Virus record (IMG/VR): IMGVR_UViG_3300026484_000003
Location: 1-60,371 of that record
DNA length: 60,371 bases
Direction: 5' to 3' (one strand)
From: a virus
Lineage: Duplodnaviria > Caudoviricetes
Shown here: positions 16,643-25,571 of the stretch, in pieces
Position numbering within the stretch: the stretch's first letter is position 1
Layout of the letters: each line of letters starts with the position of its first letter
The notes under the pieces: generated by a model
The model's input: the letters and a program-made list of their open reading frames with translations, nothing else
Told to the model about the DNA's origin: nothing
Databases searched by the model: none
Made by a program: the position numbers and the translations under genes

Positions 16643-17266
16643 TTAAACCCTTACTGTTTTGTAGTTGTCTTTGATGTCGTCTGCCGACTCCTGATCGTCA
16701 AATGTTACGATTTCGCTTTGCTTCTTAGTCCATCCGTTTCTGCCGTAGAACTCACCCTCTTTATTGAGTACGATAAATTTACCGCTTCCTTTTTGAAGGT
16801 CTTGTTTCAATGCTGTAAGTCTGGATAGTGTCAATTCCTGATCTTCATCGTCACCCAGTTGGTCGATCACCTTATTCATATCCGCTTTGCTTACCTTGAC
16901 TTTCATTTCTGCCTTTTGTTCTCTTCGGATAGTCCTTACTACTTCTCTTCCAAGCGTTGCAGGGGAGACCTTTACTCCTGTTTCGTCTTTACTGATTGAC
17001 TCAATAATTTTGTCTTTTTCTCTTTGCGTATCAACAACAACACGTGCTACATTACCGCCTTTTTCAACAAACAGAAGAATGTCGCCAAATTCCAGTTCAA
17101 GGTCATAGATGATTGCCTGTCTTTTTGTGGTTGGTGTTCTGTAGATTCTGTGATCGTTGTCGTGGACTCCGATAATTGGAATGTTATGTAAGTTTTTTTC
17201 TATCTCTTTGTAGAGTTTTGAAGATCTCACCTCTTGAGGTGTCATTATTTGTTTAGGAAATTGCAT
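16643..17266 (-). CDS. Probable Hdf-like head protein, first gene of the dar operon
   Basis: Immediately upstream of darA, as hdf is in P1. Sequence resemblance is weak. Confidence 0.4.
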   Translation of the reverse strand: MQFPKQIMTPQEVRSSKLYKEIEKNLHNIPIIGVHDNDHRIYRTPTTKRQAIIYDLELEFGDILLFVEKGGNVARVVVDTQREKDKIIESISKDETGVKVSPATLGREVVRTIRREQKAEMKVKVSKADMNKVIDQLGDDEDQELTLSRLTALKQDLQKGSGKFIVLNKEGEFYGRNGWTKKQSEIVTFDDQESADDIKDNYKTVRV

Positions 17267-17293
17267 AAGTAGCCCTTTAAATATTTTACATCT

Positions 17294-17324
17294 ATTGTAT
17301 CAATTTAGATGGTGTAAAATTCAA
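17294..17324 (-). promoter_or_regulatory. Putative late promoter TTGAAT-N19-TACAAT (dar operon)
   Basis: Shared architecture with the other late promoters. Confidence 0.65.
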
Positions 17325-17327
17325 AAC

Positions 17328-17855
17328 CTAAAGGTAGGCTCCTATCTTTGATTTAATGTCGAGTGCATTATCTTTTTCCTTGTTTGGGCTGTCTGCACTT
17401 GACCCGCTTGAAGGCGTACTGTCTGCAACCGATTGTGCAAGATCAGCCATTAACTGAACTAAGTTTGTTGCATCATTCCTGATATTTACCTTTTTGCTCC
17501 AAATGTCAACCTGATTTGCAGATTTTTCGGATGTTCCGGCATTGTCTCCGTTCGCACCCATTATTTTTATGATGTTGTTGCCATATATTTGCACTTCACT
17601 GTTTTCAATTCTTGAAATTCCACTCTTGATAAGTGAAATTCCTTGAGATAGTGAAGAGAGTGCATAAACAACGCCATAATCATCTTCAACAAGCAATACT
17701 TCTGTTCCGATTTTTATGTTTGGCTGTTGTTCTCTCTCATCTAAGTTCAACGGGCTACATTTAACAACATGGTCTATAACTTGATCTGTGTTGTATAGCT
17801 TTACTGTCAAGAACCTATCTTGAACAGACACAACCGTTCCAACTCTAATGTTCAT
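17328..17855 (-). CDS. Probable baseplate spike (gpV/gp5-like)
   Basis: N-terminal OB-like IRVGTVVSV...IKIGTEVLL followed by beta-rich repeats; follows a hub-sized gene. Confidence 0.6.
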   Translation of the reverse strand: MNIRVGTVVSVQDRFLTVKLYNTDQVIDHVVKCSPLNLDEREQQPNIKIGTEVLLVEDDYGVVYALSSLSQGISLIKSGISRIENSEVQIYGNNIIKIMGANGDNAGTSEKSANQVDIWSKKVNIRNDATNLVQLMADLAQSVADSTPSSGSSADSPNKEKDNALDIKSKIGAYL

Positions 17856-18660
17856 CTGGTATCTCCCCAAGTGTTATAACTGTCTTTACTTTGCTTTTGA
17901 TGTAGATTGTATTTTTCTCCATTACGCAGTATTTTATTTCTTTGTGCGTTATCCCTGCCCCGATATTGATGGTTATATTTTCGTGCGTTGCCTGAATAAT
18001 ATACTTTGGATCAAGCAGGGTATTTAAACCGTTGATCTCATTCTTTGAAATTGCCGGTATATAGTATGGTCTCCCGCTTCCTCTTTTGGTGTTGGCTTTC
18101 GTACCGTCACCCTCTATTGAAGCATAGTTCTTTCTGCTTCTCATTGAATGGATTTTCTTTTCAATCTCTGGCTCTGCAATATACTTCTCGTCATCGCCTT
18201 CATATTCTTTAGAATGTCTTTGTATGATCTTGAAATTTTCGTCAATGGCTAAGGTAAGCCCTTTTTTTCTAAGCTCGAATATTGCTATCTGTAATTGATT
18301 TTTACCACCAATGATGTATTTTTTAAGGCTTATCCCCCATACATGATCTTCCGGCTTATAGAGGTTGTATTTTAAATTGTAGCTTTCTTTGTGCATGAAA
18401 ATATACGCCGTATCAATCTGATTTGTAATTGTGTTTGGGTGTGGGTTTATTTCAGACAGTGTAAGTTCTATGGTTTTACCATATGCTGTTACAATCGTGT
18501 ATGTTTCATCAATGATAAGTTTTTCGGCGTCTATTCTGTGTTCAATCGCCCCAAGTTCTACAATAAATGGGATGTCATAAATATATCCATTTACATAGGC
18601 ATAGGTAATGTCTTTCGCAGATAGTATGTCCGTACCGTCTTTTGCGACTGCAATTACCAT
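17845..18660 (-). CDS. Probable baseplate hub protein
   Basis: Size and position before the spike-like gene. Confidence 0.4.
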   Translation of the reverse strand: MVIAVAKDGTDILSAKDITYAYVNGYIYDIPFIVELGAIEHRIDAEKLIIDETYTIVTAYGKTIELTLSEINPHPNTITNQIDTAYIFMHKESYNLKYNLYKPEDHVWGISLKKYIIGGKNQLQIAIFELRKKGLTLAIDENFKIIQRHSKEYEGDDEKYIAEPEIEKKIHSMRSRKNYASIEGDGTKANTKRGSGRPYYIPAISKNEINGLNTLLDPKYIIQATHENITINIGAGITHKEIKYCVMEKNTIYIKSKVKTVITLGEIPDEH

Positions 18661-18669
18661 TTTCTACCT

Positions 18670-19374
18670 CTATTTGTGGTGGTTTTCAATATCAAATTTG
18701 ACAATGTATTTTTTCATCACATTAACGCCGTCACGCAGCATAAAGAACTGCTCCCTGATCTTAAAATCAATAGCGAGTGTAACTATTCCGCTTTCCTGTG
18801 CGCTTGACTCCGAAAATGAAGCAGATTTCACCCCTACAAGTCGAATATGTCCGTAATCATGCAATACATGGTTTTGACCTGTTTCCTTGTCCTGTAGGAG
18901 TACCTTGTAGTTTATTCTCTCATTGTTTGCCAGAATGTTCAGCGTATGCAACGCTATCTCTTTTGAAGCATACTGTGATCTTGTCAAAACAACAATCTGA
19001 ACAGGAGTTTCGTATGTGAACATTTGCCCTGAAAGTGTAAGTTTGTCTGTTTCATCTTCGACATTTACGATTGTAATAATATCCTGCATCTGAAATTTTT
19101 TTACATTTCTTCCAAATGATGATGGGTCTATCGCATTGGACTGTGCAACTATGATTTGTGGCAATAACTCCATAGGATTGTCGCTCTTATTGTTAAGTGA
19201 TGTAATCAGCCTCTCAAGATCATCGGATAGGCTTTTTCTGGTGATTGAAACAATGTCTCTTTCACATAGATCAAGCTCATCATATCCAGTAGCATTTGGT
19301 ATCTTTTTGATCTTGTCGTTTAGCAACTTAGCAAAAGTTTTGATGCTTGTGTCGTGATTATGTACCAATAGCAA
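18670..19374 (-). CDS. Probable tail completion/terminator-type structural protein
   Basis: LLPQIIVA...YETPVQIVVLTRS pattern; late operon context. Confidence 0.4.
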   Translation of the reverse strand: MLLVHNHDTSIKTFAKLLNDKIKKIPNATGYDELDLCERDIVSITRKSLSDDLERLITSLNNKSDNPMELLPQIIVAQSNAIDPSSFGRNVKKFQMQDIITIVNVEDETDKLTLSGQMFTYETPVQIVVLTRSQYASKEIALHTLNILANNERINYKVLLQDKETGQNHVLHDYGHIRLVGVKSASFSESSAQESGIVTLAIDFKIREQFFMLRDGVNVMKKYIVKFDIENHHK

Positions 19375-19378
19375 CTTA

Positions 19379-19636
19379 TTATCCTATTGGCAGAAATTCG
19401 TAGTTGAAGCGACTGTCACGCAGTATATAGATGTCACCTCTTCCAGTATCTATAATTTCATTTTGCAACACTTGTTCACCGCTTAAAACAGAGGGTGGCT
19501 CTTCGGTTGTTGTGTACCCTGCTTCTGCCTGAAAACCAACATTTTTGAATTGTGTAAAATCTTCTGTGCTGATCTTCATCCACTCCTTTGTAGTTCCATC
19601 AACTTTTGGTATTTTGATTGTTTCTTGCGTATCCAT
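19379..19636 (-). CDS. Hypothetical structural protein
   Basis: AAAGG RBS; first gene after a late-like promoter (TTGATT-N18-TAAAAT). Confidence 0.55.
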   Translation of the reverse strand: MDTQETIKIPKVDGTTKEWMKISTEDFTQFKNVGFQAEAGYTTTEEPPSVLSGEQVLQNEIIDTGRGDIYILRDSRFNYEFLPIG

Positions 19637-19685
19637 AAGTTACCTTTATGTTTTTGCCTATTTTAGCGGTTTTGTGCAAAAAAAA

Positions 19686-20246
19686 TCAAGATATGTCTTT
19701 AATTTTTTGAGTATATTTTTCAATGATCTCTTTTAGTTCGTCAATCGTCCAGTTTTTTATAACTTTCTTCTTTATTCTTGAGAGTTCTTTTTCTCCTATT
19801 TTAAGCAAAAGGTTTTTTTCATACTCTACAAGATTTCCAGATTTATGGTTGTTGCAGATACTACATTGACTGTGGCAATTTGCTTCATCAAATCTTACAT
19901 GACTGTTGCTACCAACCGGCATAAAGTGACCTGCGTGGCGTTGCCTGTTTCCTATATGCCCGCATGAGATACATGGCTGGTCTTTGTCTCGTAGCCGTAT
20001 ATATTTATTGAATACTGTTTGGGCTTTTTTTGTCAATATCGCCTTGTCCGTTTCCCTGAATTGTTTTATAGCCTTTCGTTTCTGTTTAGCCTTCTTTACT
20101 TCATTGTACGCTATCGCACAATCAGGGCAACAACATATCTGGTACTCATTGATCGGGGTAAACCATTTCTTGCACTCTTTACATTTTCGCTGTCTTAGCT
20201 TGTGGCTGTTTTTGAATAGCTGTTGTTGTTTTGGTATGGCACTCAC
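19686..20246 (-). CDS. ninG: NinG/Rap-family recombination endonuclease
   Basis: CKECKKWF...CCPDCA, FNKYIRLRD..PCISCG, HAGHF, RFDEANCHSQCSICNNHKSGN. Confidence 0.92.
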   Translation of the reverse strand: MSAIPKQQQLFKNSHKLRQRKCKECKKWFTPINEYQICCCPDCAIAYNEVKKAKQKRKAIKQFRETDKAILTKKAQTVFNKYIRLRDKDQPCISCGHIGNRQRHAGHFMPVGSNSHVRFDEANCHSQCSICNNHKSGNLVEYEKNLLLKIGEKELSRIKKKVIKNWTIDELKEIIEKYTQKIKDIS

Positions 20247-20268
20247 TGTTTTTTATCTCCAAATTAAT

Positions 20269-20562
20269 CTAATTGCTGTTTTGAACCATGACATTTTTTT
20301 TAGGCATTGTGTAGTCTATCCCCATCTCTTCAAGCTCATCAATATACGCCACCATAGCTTTGTCAAGATACTTTATTTGGTGATCTCTCCCAGACACCTC
20401 TTCATATTCACAGTCCAATGGAAGAGATTTTAACTCTTCCACTAATTTATGTTTTTTATTCCTTGCACCTTCAAGTTTACGCATCATTACAATATCGTGA
20501 TCTACTCCAACAAATTCTTTCGGGTCAATTCCAAGAAGATCAATAGTTTTTGGTCTGCTCAT
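20269..20562 (-). CDS. Hypothetical protein
   Basis: Translationally coupled ORF. Confidence 0.65.
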   Translation of the reverse strand: MSRPKTIDLLGIDPKEFVGVDHDIVMMRKLEGARNKKHKLVEELKSLPLDCEYEEVSGRDHQIKYLDKAMVAYIDELEEMGIDYTMPKKNVMVQNSN

Positions 20563-20882
20563 TATTCAACTCCTAAAGAATACTTCATGTCTGGACACTC
20601 TGCCTTCATTGCATATCTCAAGTTTGTATCGTAATCATATCCCATTCCAAGCAAGTCTCTTAGTAGTTCCTTCCATGCTTTGAATGTTTCTATCTTTTTG
20701 CTATCAAGTTCATCTTGACCTTTTTCCCTGTTTGTGTACTTTATAATATTGTAGTCACACGCTCCTATACCCATTGCAATAGTTGACATACACTCAAACT
20801 CAACAATATTATTTTGTCCGTTTGTGTCGTAGTGTTTTTGGCTTTCAGGTAGTAGAAGTGGGTGGTATATATTTTTGTTCAT
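20562..20882 (-). CDS. Hypothetical protein, weakly DUF3310-like
   Basis: KHYD...IGACDYNIIKYTNREKGQDELDSKKI; AAGGAG RBS. Confidence 0.55.
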   Translation of the reverse strand: MNKNIYHPLLLPESQKHYDTNGQNNIVEFECMSTIAMGIGACDYNIIKYTNREKGQDELDSKKIETFKAWKELLRDLLGMGYDYDTNLRYAMKAECPDMKYSLGVE

Positions 20883-20895
20883 ATTTATCTCCTTG

Positions 20896-21363
20896 TTAGT
20901 ATTCGTACATTTGTTTTATTTTTTGCTTCTGGATAGGTGTAAAGTTTTTCTCCATCCATGTTTTGTAGATTTTGATGATCTTTTTGTATTCGCAGAATGT
21001 ATCAAATGGCATAAACTTTCCATCATCATGTGTAAATGTAACATTGTGACGCAGAGATGACATAAATGAGTGTTTGTTTTTGTATCTTATGTGCTTTTTT
21101 ATATCTCTGTAGAAACGACTAATACTTCTGTTTTCAAGAAGTTCGTAATACATTCTTGTTGTGTCCTTTTTCAGCATCAACGATTCACTGCAATATTTCT
21201 TCATTCCTGTCTCAATATTTCCGCATCCAATTTCCATGAGATATGAAAACATTTCTGGCGTGTTCCTTTTCATGTGTGAAAAAAAATCACGGTGCTTCCC
21301 AAGAGATATTGCAATACTGCTTAGACTTTCAGTGTAGTGATTAACTATATATAAGTGACTCAT
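20896..21363 (-). CDS. Hypothetical, possibly DNA-binding protein
   Basis: GAGGGG RBS; SLSSIAISLGKHRDFFS is HTH-like. Confidence 0.6.
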   Translation of the reverse strand: MSHLYIVNHYTESLSSIAISLGKHRDFFSHMKRNTPEMFSYLMEIGCGNIETGMKKYCSESLMLKKDTTRMYYELLENRSISRFYRDIKKHIRYKNKHSFMSSLRHNVTFTHDDGKFMPFDTFCEYKKIIKIYKTWMEKNFTPIQKQKIKQMYEY

Positions 21364-21404
21364 GCTTCCCCTCTACCACAAAAACTATGCTTTGTAAGCC
21401 TTCC

Positions 21405-21617
21405 CTATTTTTCTTTTTGTAGCATTAGCCATCTATCACCAATTGTCTCATTTAAGTGACCCGAACACTCCCTCTCCAAAAGAAGTTCTTTTTTAAGTTT
21501 CTTTACTTCTGTGGTTGCATCGTCAAAAAAACTTTTTAAGTCCTTTTGCATCTCTTCGAGTTGAGCGTTTTCTTTTTGTAGCTTTTTGATTGCTTTTTTC
21601 ATTTTTGATTTTGTCAT
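21405..21617 (-). CDS. Small coiled-coil hypothetical protein
   Basis: AAAGGA RBS; heptad-rich sequence. Confidence 0.6.
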   Translation of the reverse strand: MTKSKMKKAIKKLQKENAQLEEMQKDLKSFFDDATTEVKKLKKELLLERECSGHLNETIGDRWLMLQKEK

Positions 21618-21630
21618 TTTTTTATTCCTT

Positions 21631-21815
21631 TTAATTTAATCCCGCAAAAAGACCATAATTTCCTTTTGCCTTTTCTATTCTTTCAAGTGATTTCTTGTAA
21701 AAGTCACTACCCGCCCACTTAGTCGCTCCTCCAAATTTGCTTGAACCCGTTGTGCAACCTCCTTGATGAGTTCCCTCATGTCGGCATTGTGAATTTTGTT
21801 GAGTAGGTGATTCAT
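21631..21815 (-). pseudogene. Possible internally deleted N6/N4 DNA methyltransferase remnant
   Basis: The start MNHLLNKIHNADMRELIKE resembles MTase N-termini. A second frame, DFYKKSLERIEKAKGNYGLF*, resembles MTase C-termini. No catalytic core. Confidence 0.45.
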
Positions 21816-21864
21816 TGTTTATCCCCTACCGATATTTCAATGTCTCCACCCCCTATCTTTTCTT

Positions 21865-22416
21865 TCAAAACTTGACCGCCTCCGCCAATTTCATCGCCTC
21901 ACGGCTTCCAGTCTCCGCCCGTTCTACCCGCTTGATGTACAAAGCGATAAAAAGCTCTTCTAGCTTCTCCTCTAGCTCTCCACGCTCCAGAGTCTCAATG
22001 ATCACACTTGGGTTCTTGGACACACCCGCCAACGCCCTGAGTTCATCATTGAAAAAAAACCGTTCCCCGTCCGCTTGGAGAGAGGAGAAAGGTGTTGGCA
22101 CCCCGTCCGCGATTGCATTTTTCAGCGTTGCCTTTGCCATTTCCACTTTGGCAACAAGCTTCCCTGCATACCCACTCGCTTTGTCGTGCGGGAGCAACTC
22201 GTCACGCTTCATTTTTTTGTATCGGCTAGCTAGTATATCTAGCTTCGCCGTCTTGCCCTCGTAGGCTATACTCCCACGATTTGCCCGAATGTACTCAATG
22301 AAGTCCTCTACATCGTTTACGGAGTACAGAGCCTCCTCTATCACTACGGAGTGCTGTATGCTTTCGATATCTAGCCCCATGATGTTCGCTAGGCGAGTTT
22401 TGGCTAGTGTCCCCAT
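21865..22416 (-). CDS. Hypothetical replication-associated protein (helicase-loader position)
   Basis: Overlaps the 3' end of the initiator gene, as in lambda O-P. No motif recognised. Confidence 0.55.
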   Translation of the reverse strand: MGTLAKTRLANIMGLDIESIQHSVVIEEALYSVNDVEDFIEYIRANRGSIAYEGKTAKLDILASRYKKMKRDELLPHDKASGYAGKLVAKVEMAKATLKNAIADGVPTPFSSLQADGERFFFNDELRALAGVSKNPSVIIETLERGELEEKLEELFIALYIKRVERAETGSREAMKLAEAVKF

Positions 22417-23216
22417 TCTACTGCCTCCACTACCTCAACCTCAACCTCGTTTTTCTTCGCGGTTGCTAGCTCCCACAAGTCGTACGCTATAGTGCCTCTC
22501 TTGTGCGGGTTTGCCCCACTTCGGCTCTCAGCCTTACCCCCCCCGTACTCGATCGCTTCTAGGTTGCCCTCTAAGTAAGCTACAAGCCACTTTTCTAGCC
22601 TAGCGGACATATTGCGGTTGCGGTCGATGTAGGCTGTGTAGTCTAGCACTATTTGTTCGTGTCTATCTTCGTCTATCTCTTTTAGTGTGTCTTCAGCCTT
22701 GCTGTTTATCTTGTTTGCGAATGTCATTAGTTTTTTCGCTTTTAGATTTTCGAGTAGGAGGGCTTTGAATTTCTCGAATTTACTTTTTTTAGTATTTTTT
22801 TGTTTATTATCTCTGTTTTTTATCTGTTGTTTTTTATCTGCTTCATTAAAAGAATGTGACTTTTCTTCCTCTCGATAGTTATTTTTCTCACCATCGAGAA
22901 TAAAGTTTCTCACTGTCGAATGTTTGCTTATTGTGTACCATTTTGTTCTATCCCAAGAGGATTCGTTCAAGTCGCTTCTTGCGACGATATGACCGTCTCT
23001 CTCAAGCTCTCTCAATACCCTCTTGATTGTGTTGATCTTCATATATGGGAATAGGCTAGCGAAAGCCTCATAAGTGTTGTAAGTCCATGCGTAGCCGTCG
23101 TGGATATGCTTTTTGTTTGCTATGTTTTTCTTTAGCCAAAAGGCTATATTTTCAAGAATAATAGCCTTTTCGATACCGACAATATTGGCAACTTCTACCG
23201 TAAAACTGTGTGTCAT
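22404..23216 (-). CDS. Phage replication initiator (winged-helix N-terminus)
   Basis: HSFTVEVANIVGIEKAIILENIAFW...WTYNTYEAFASLFPY...DRTKWYTI, then a K/N-rich linker. Alternative start at 23261. Confidence 0.85.
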   Translation of the reverse strand: MTHSFTVEVANIVGIEKAIILENIAFWLKKNIANKKHIHDGYAWTYNTYEAFASLFPYMKINTIKRVLRELERDGHIVARSDLNESSWDRTKWYTISKHSTVRNFILDGEKNNYREEEKSHSFNEADKKQQIKNRDNKQKNTKKSKFEKFKALLLENLKAKKLMTFANKINSKAEDTLKEIDEDRHEQIVLDYTAYIDRNRNMSARLEKWLVAYLEGNLEAIEYGGGKAESRSGANPHKRGTIAYDLWELATAKKNEVEVEVVEAVEWGH

Positions 23217-23437
23217 GAAATTTCTTTCGGATTTTGTAGTAAAGGAGAGAGTGGAGTCCAATCACTCTATATTTTCATATATCCTTATGGGAGGCAAAAG
23301 CCTCTTTTGGATTGGACTCCCATAAAAATATATTTAATTGTAAATTATACCCAAAAAAGTGTTAATTTTGGGCGTGGGGGGGGGTGCCTTCCTTGTCGTG
23401 TTATTTTACTCCTGTAGTCTTTGCCTACTCTTGCCAT

Positions 23438-23505
23438 CTTTAATCCTTTTGTTTTGATAAGTGTAGTATCACATATTAGGCTTAGTTTGGGCTTAAATAG
23501 TATAG
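23438..23505 (-). repeat. Third, diverged copy of the early promoter/RBS repeat
   Basis: Minus strand CTATACTATTTAAGCCCAAACTAAGCCTAATATGTGATACTACACTTATCAAAACAAAAGGATTAAAG-ATG; few mismatches to copy 1 and its leader. Confidence 0.88.
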
Positions 23506-23569
23506 CATATCTAATCTACTGTACACATAGCGCCCAAGGCTATCTCCCTATACCATCATACCACTAGAG

Positions 23570-24190
23570 CTACAGTAGATCCGAAATGGTAATCCCCTGA
23601 ATATACGCTAACGCCTCGTCAAATTTGACTGACGGTAGCTCGTTGTATCGCGGGAGGTTGTAGTGTTTTTTGAATACTGCCCAAACCTTGCGGTGTAGTT
23701 TTCGGACTAGCTCTATATCCATGCCACCTAGGGCGTATACTTTTTTGTTTTTCGCGTCGTGAAGGGCTTTCTCTTGCCACGCTTCGAGTCGTTTTGTCGC
23801 TTCAAGCTTGAGCAGTCTATCACTCACCTCGGCATGACCTTTGGCGATCAGAGATATTTGCTCTGCGATCGTGAGAGGCTTTTGTGATTGCTTTTCTACT
23901 TCAATGAAATACTTCCTGAACTCCATCGCGTTTTTTGTTCTTGCCATCATGCACAAATGTTTTGCCACATCAAGTGTGACAATATAGGACAGGACGCTGT
24001 TGCCCCCGACATCGTGTCGAACCCCCATGTAGTCTTCGTTTTCCTCAAAGAGGTCTACAAGGTTAGCCTTGATCCATCTGGGGTATTGCCCAGTAGCCAA
24101 GCCAAGTTCTTTGTACAAAACCCTGCTATCAACCGCGTTGACGCTATCTGTGCCTATCTGAGTGCGTGCTATTTCTATCAAATTTTTCAT
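23570..24190 (-). CDS. Antirepressor (AntA/AntB N-terminal + ORF6C-like C-terminal domain)
   Basis: AVDSRVLYKELG...FEENEDY...YIVTLDVAKHLCMM...RKYFIEVEK; C-terminal FKKHYNLPRYNELP.VKFDEALAYI. Confidence 0.9.
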   Translation of the reverse strand: MKNLIEIARTQIGTDSVNAVDSRVLYKELGLATGQYPRWIKANLVDLFEENEDYMGVRHDVGGNSVLSYIVTLDVAKHLCMMARTKNAMEFRKYFIEVEKQSQKPLTIAEQISLIAKGHAEVSDRLLKLEATKRLEAWQEKALHDAKNKKVYALGGMDIELVRKLHRKVWAVFKKHYNLPRYNELPSVKFDEALAYIQGITISDLL

Positions 24191-24524
24191 ACTGTTTTGG
24201 TGTGTTGAATTTTAGTGATTATTTTTGTGATATTGCAGTAGATGGGTACCAAGCACCTATTGAAACACCGTAATGCACTACGGGGTACCATCTAAAAGAT
24301 GATGCCACGGGCTTGGTACCCCGTAATACATTTTTAAATCTCGATTTCGTTACCCCCCCGTCGCTAATCAAAGGAGTATGCTAGAAAGAGTGGGGGGAGA
24401 ATATGCTAACCCTAGGCTTGGGAGATGACCCCCTAAGCCTAGATATCAATACCAAAGGAAAAGATTGTTGATAGACACACTTTGTGCTGTTGCACGAAGT
24501 AATTATAGTAGAAAAATGCTTAAT

Positions 24525-24962
24525 TTAATGTAAATTCTCTCCATTTTGCTCCCTGATTAGCGTTTCGGTACTTGGGAACTCTACACTCACCCCATATCTC
24601 TCCGAGGTTATTTTATTTAGGGTTCGGTAGATTGTCGTTACCTCGTCACTTTTTAGCTCTGTTGAGCTGTTTTTTGCTGTCATCACTTTTTGGATCTGCC
24701 TCCACAATAGCTCCTTTGCACTTGTCATCGTCCACGCTACATCGACGGATAGCGTCTTTTTGATGTCGTACCCCGCACTATTTAGGGCGGTGGCTAGTTT
24801 TGAGAGGTAGAGGTGGAGTGACGCGTTTTGGAGGGCTGAGCGGGCTTTTTGCGTCTTTTTTTGGACGGTGTAGGTTTTGTCTGCGTCTAGTTTTGTGAGG
24901 ACTATATCGTCGCTGGAGTCGTCGAGGAGGTACCACTCCCCTTTGATGTTTATGATTTTCAC
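24525..24962 (-). CDS. NinB/Orf-like recombination accessory protein
   Basis: RSALQNASLHLYL...SSTELKSDEV...VEFPS pattern. Confidence 0.55.
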   Translation of the reverse strand: MKIINIKGEWYLLDDSSDDIVLTKLDADKTYTVQKKTQKARSALQNASLHLYLSKLATALNSAGYDIKKTLSVDVAWTMTSAKELLWRQIQKVMTAKNSSTELKSDEVTTIYRTLNKITSERYGVSVEFPSTETLIREQNGENLH

Positions 24963-25564
24963 ATTCTGACTCTTATTTTTTTTTCGACTTCGTCTACGCT
25001 ATCCGCAAAGTCAAAAAGGTGCTTTTTTAGTTTTGCTATATACTCTTCCTCTCTCTTTATTTTGAGGATCAGCGGGGGTAGCCCGGGGCAATAACTCATA
25101 AAATACCAAAATTTTCGCTCCGTGATCGCCAAGCACCCCATCACTTGTGCCTTGTACTCGATAGGGAGCTTACCGCTAAGCAGATATTTTATATGTGTTT
25201 TTGGTAGCGGGCATTTTATTTCAAGCCCACAATCTTCGCCAATCAGTCCGTCTGGCGATACTCCGACACGCCCACAATCTGACAATACTATACCCACCTC
25301 TTGCACATTGAGCCCAGTGATGAATTCAAATATGGAACGGGCGATTGGCTCCAATTCGGTTCCAAGCTCCATCGCCCTGCTCTTGAATGGCTCTGAGGCT
25401 ACCCCAAATCTCTCTGCTACAAGCTCATTCCTGTACGCGTCGCAACTCTTTGACGGCTCACATCGCGACGGAGTCACGACTTCCTTGAAGCGTGAAGCTG
25501 TGATTACTCCCATTCTGGCATTTATCCATTCATCTGTTCCTTGTTCTACATCAACTAGCTTCAT
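24959..25564 (-). CDS. YqaJ/lambda exonuclease-family protein
   Basis: EQGTDEWINARMGVITAS, AMELGTELEPIAR, SPDGLI, GLEIKCP, YKAQV. Confidence 0.93.
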   Translation of the reverse strand: MKLVDVEQGTDEWINARMGVITASRFKEVVTPSRCEPSKSCDAYRNELVAERFGVASEPFKSRAMELGTELEPIARSIFEFITGLNVQEVGIVLSDCGRVGVSPDGLIGEDCGLEIKCPLPKTHIKYLLSGKLPIEYKAQVMGCLAITERKFWYFMSYCPGLPPLILKIKREEEYIAKLKKHLFDFADSVDEVEKKIRVRM

Positions 25565-25571
25565 CGTTACC

